From positions 7,538,217 to 7,558,216 of the forward strand of contig NC_057718.1 of NCBI RefSeq assembly GCF_004010195.1: a DNA stretch of 20,000 nucleotides. The letters run 5' to 3'. Position numbers and translations under genes: made by a program. The notes beneath the pieces are model-generated. The model was not told the origin of the DNA, did no database searches, and saw only the letters and a list, made by a program, of their open reading frames with translations. Positions 19,531-20,000 of this stretch are shown here, one piece after another. This stretch comes from Chiloscyllium plagiosum. Lineage: Eukaryota. Within the stretch, counting starts at the first letter, position 1, and the number at the start of each line of letters is the position of its first letter.

Positions 19531-19699
19531 TGAAAATGAAAGGGCGAGTTTACAGGGAAAAAAACTCCTTTTTAAAGTTAATTCTGTTCCAAGGGTTTCA
19601 TTCATTGCACTTTGTGCTATGTTTAAATGGAATAGTAATTAGATTCCGCAATGCTACCTTTTTTGTTTTGGATGCATCTTTTTAATAGTTATTTTTATT

Positions 19700-20000
19700 T
19701 ACCTTGCCCTCCATCCCTCTCCCCTTCCACTATCCATTAATCCACCTGAGTGTGAGTGTATTCCTTCCTCTCTCTCAGTCACTACTCCTGTTCTTGCTTT
19801 CTGTCCTCCTCCTCCCCTTTCCCGGCGTTACCCCCTCTCCATTATCTCCACCCATGTCCCTCCATTGTTTTCCTCCTCTTTTCTTACTCTCCTCACCCCG
19901 CCACCCTATCCTCCAACATCCTTCTTAACTTACGTCGAGTTTTTTCCAAGCTCTTACTTTTTGTCTCCAACTTCATCTTTTTCTCTTTTCTTGTTTCTTT
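19700..20000. repeat. Polypyrimidine low-complexity tract
   Basis: Strong C/T bias across about 300 bp; accounts for the spurious Pro/Leu/Ser-rich ORF 19704-19928. Confidence 0.85.

Noticed and set aside
1..20000. CRISPR array, operon or other prokaryotic system
   Set aside because: No regularly spaced direct repeats or long ORFs; content is eukaryotic interspersed repeats

Overview
Vertebrate, repeat-dense, apparently intronic or intergenic DNA, most likely from a shark or ray, judged from HE1-like tRNA-derived SINEs and HER1/CR1-like LINE 3' ends recognised from memory with no database search. I found no convincing host exon. The ORFs I could assign are decayed CR1-group reverse-transcriptase fragments, Penelope GIY-YIG fragments or SINE read-through; the rest resemble no protein I recognise. 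The main signal is a set of at least 8 minimal type-I hammerhead ribozyme (HHR) motifs (CUGANGA - stem II - GAAA - palindromic rudimentary helix III - NUH) from about 4 Penelope-like element families. Two families are joined to GIY-YIG endonuclease remnants. Two occur as 85-200 bp non-coding mini-insertions flanked by 11-13 bp target-site duplications, often with head-to-head inverted arms. Two HHRs (7243-7279 minus; 10318-10357 plus) keep an intact catalytic core. The window also holds a nested insertion stack, a putative solo LTR, an inverted pair of Deu-SINE-like tails and a few unique segments that could be enhancers. Element boundaries are approximate unless a TSD is given.
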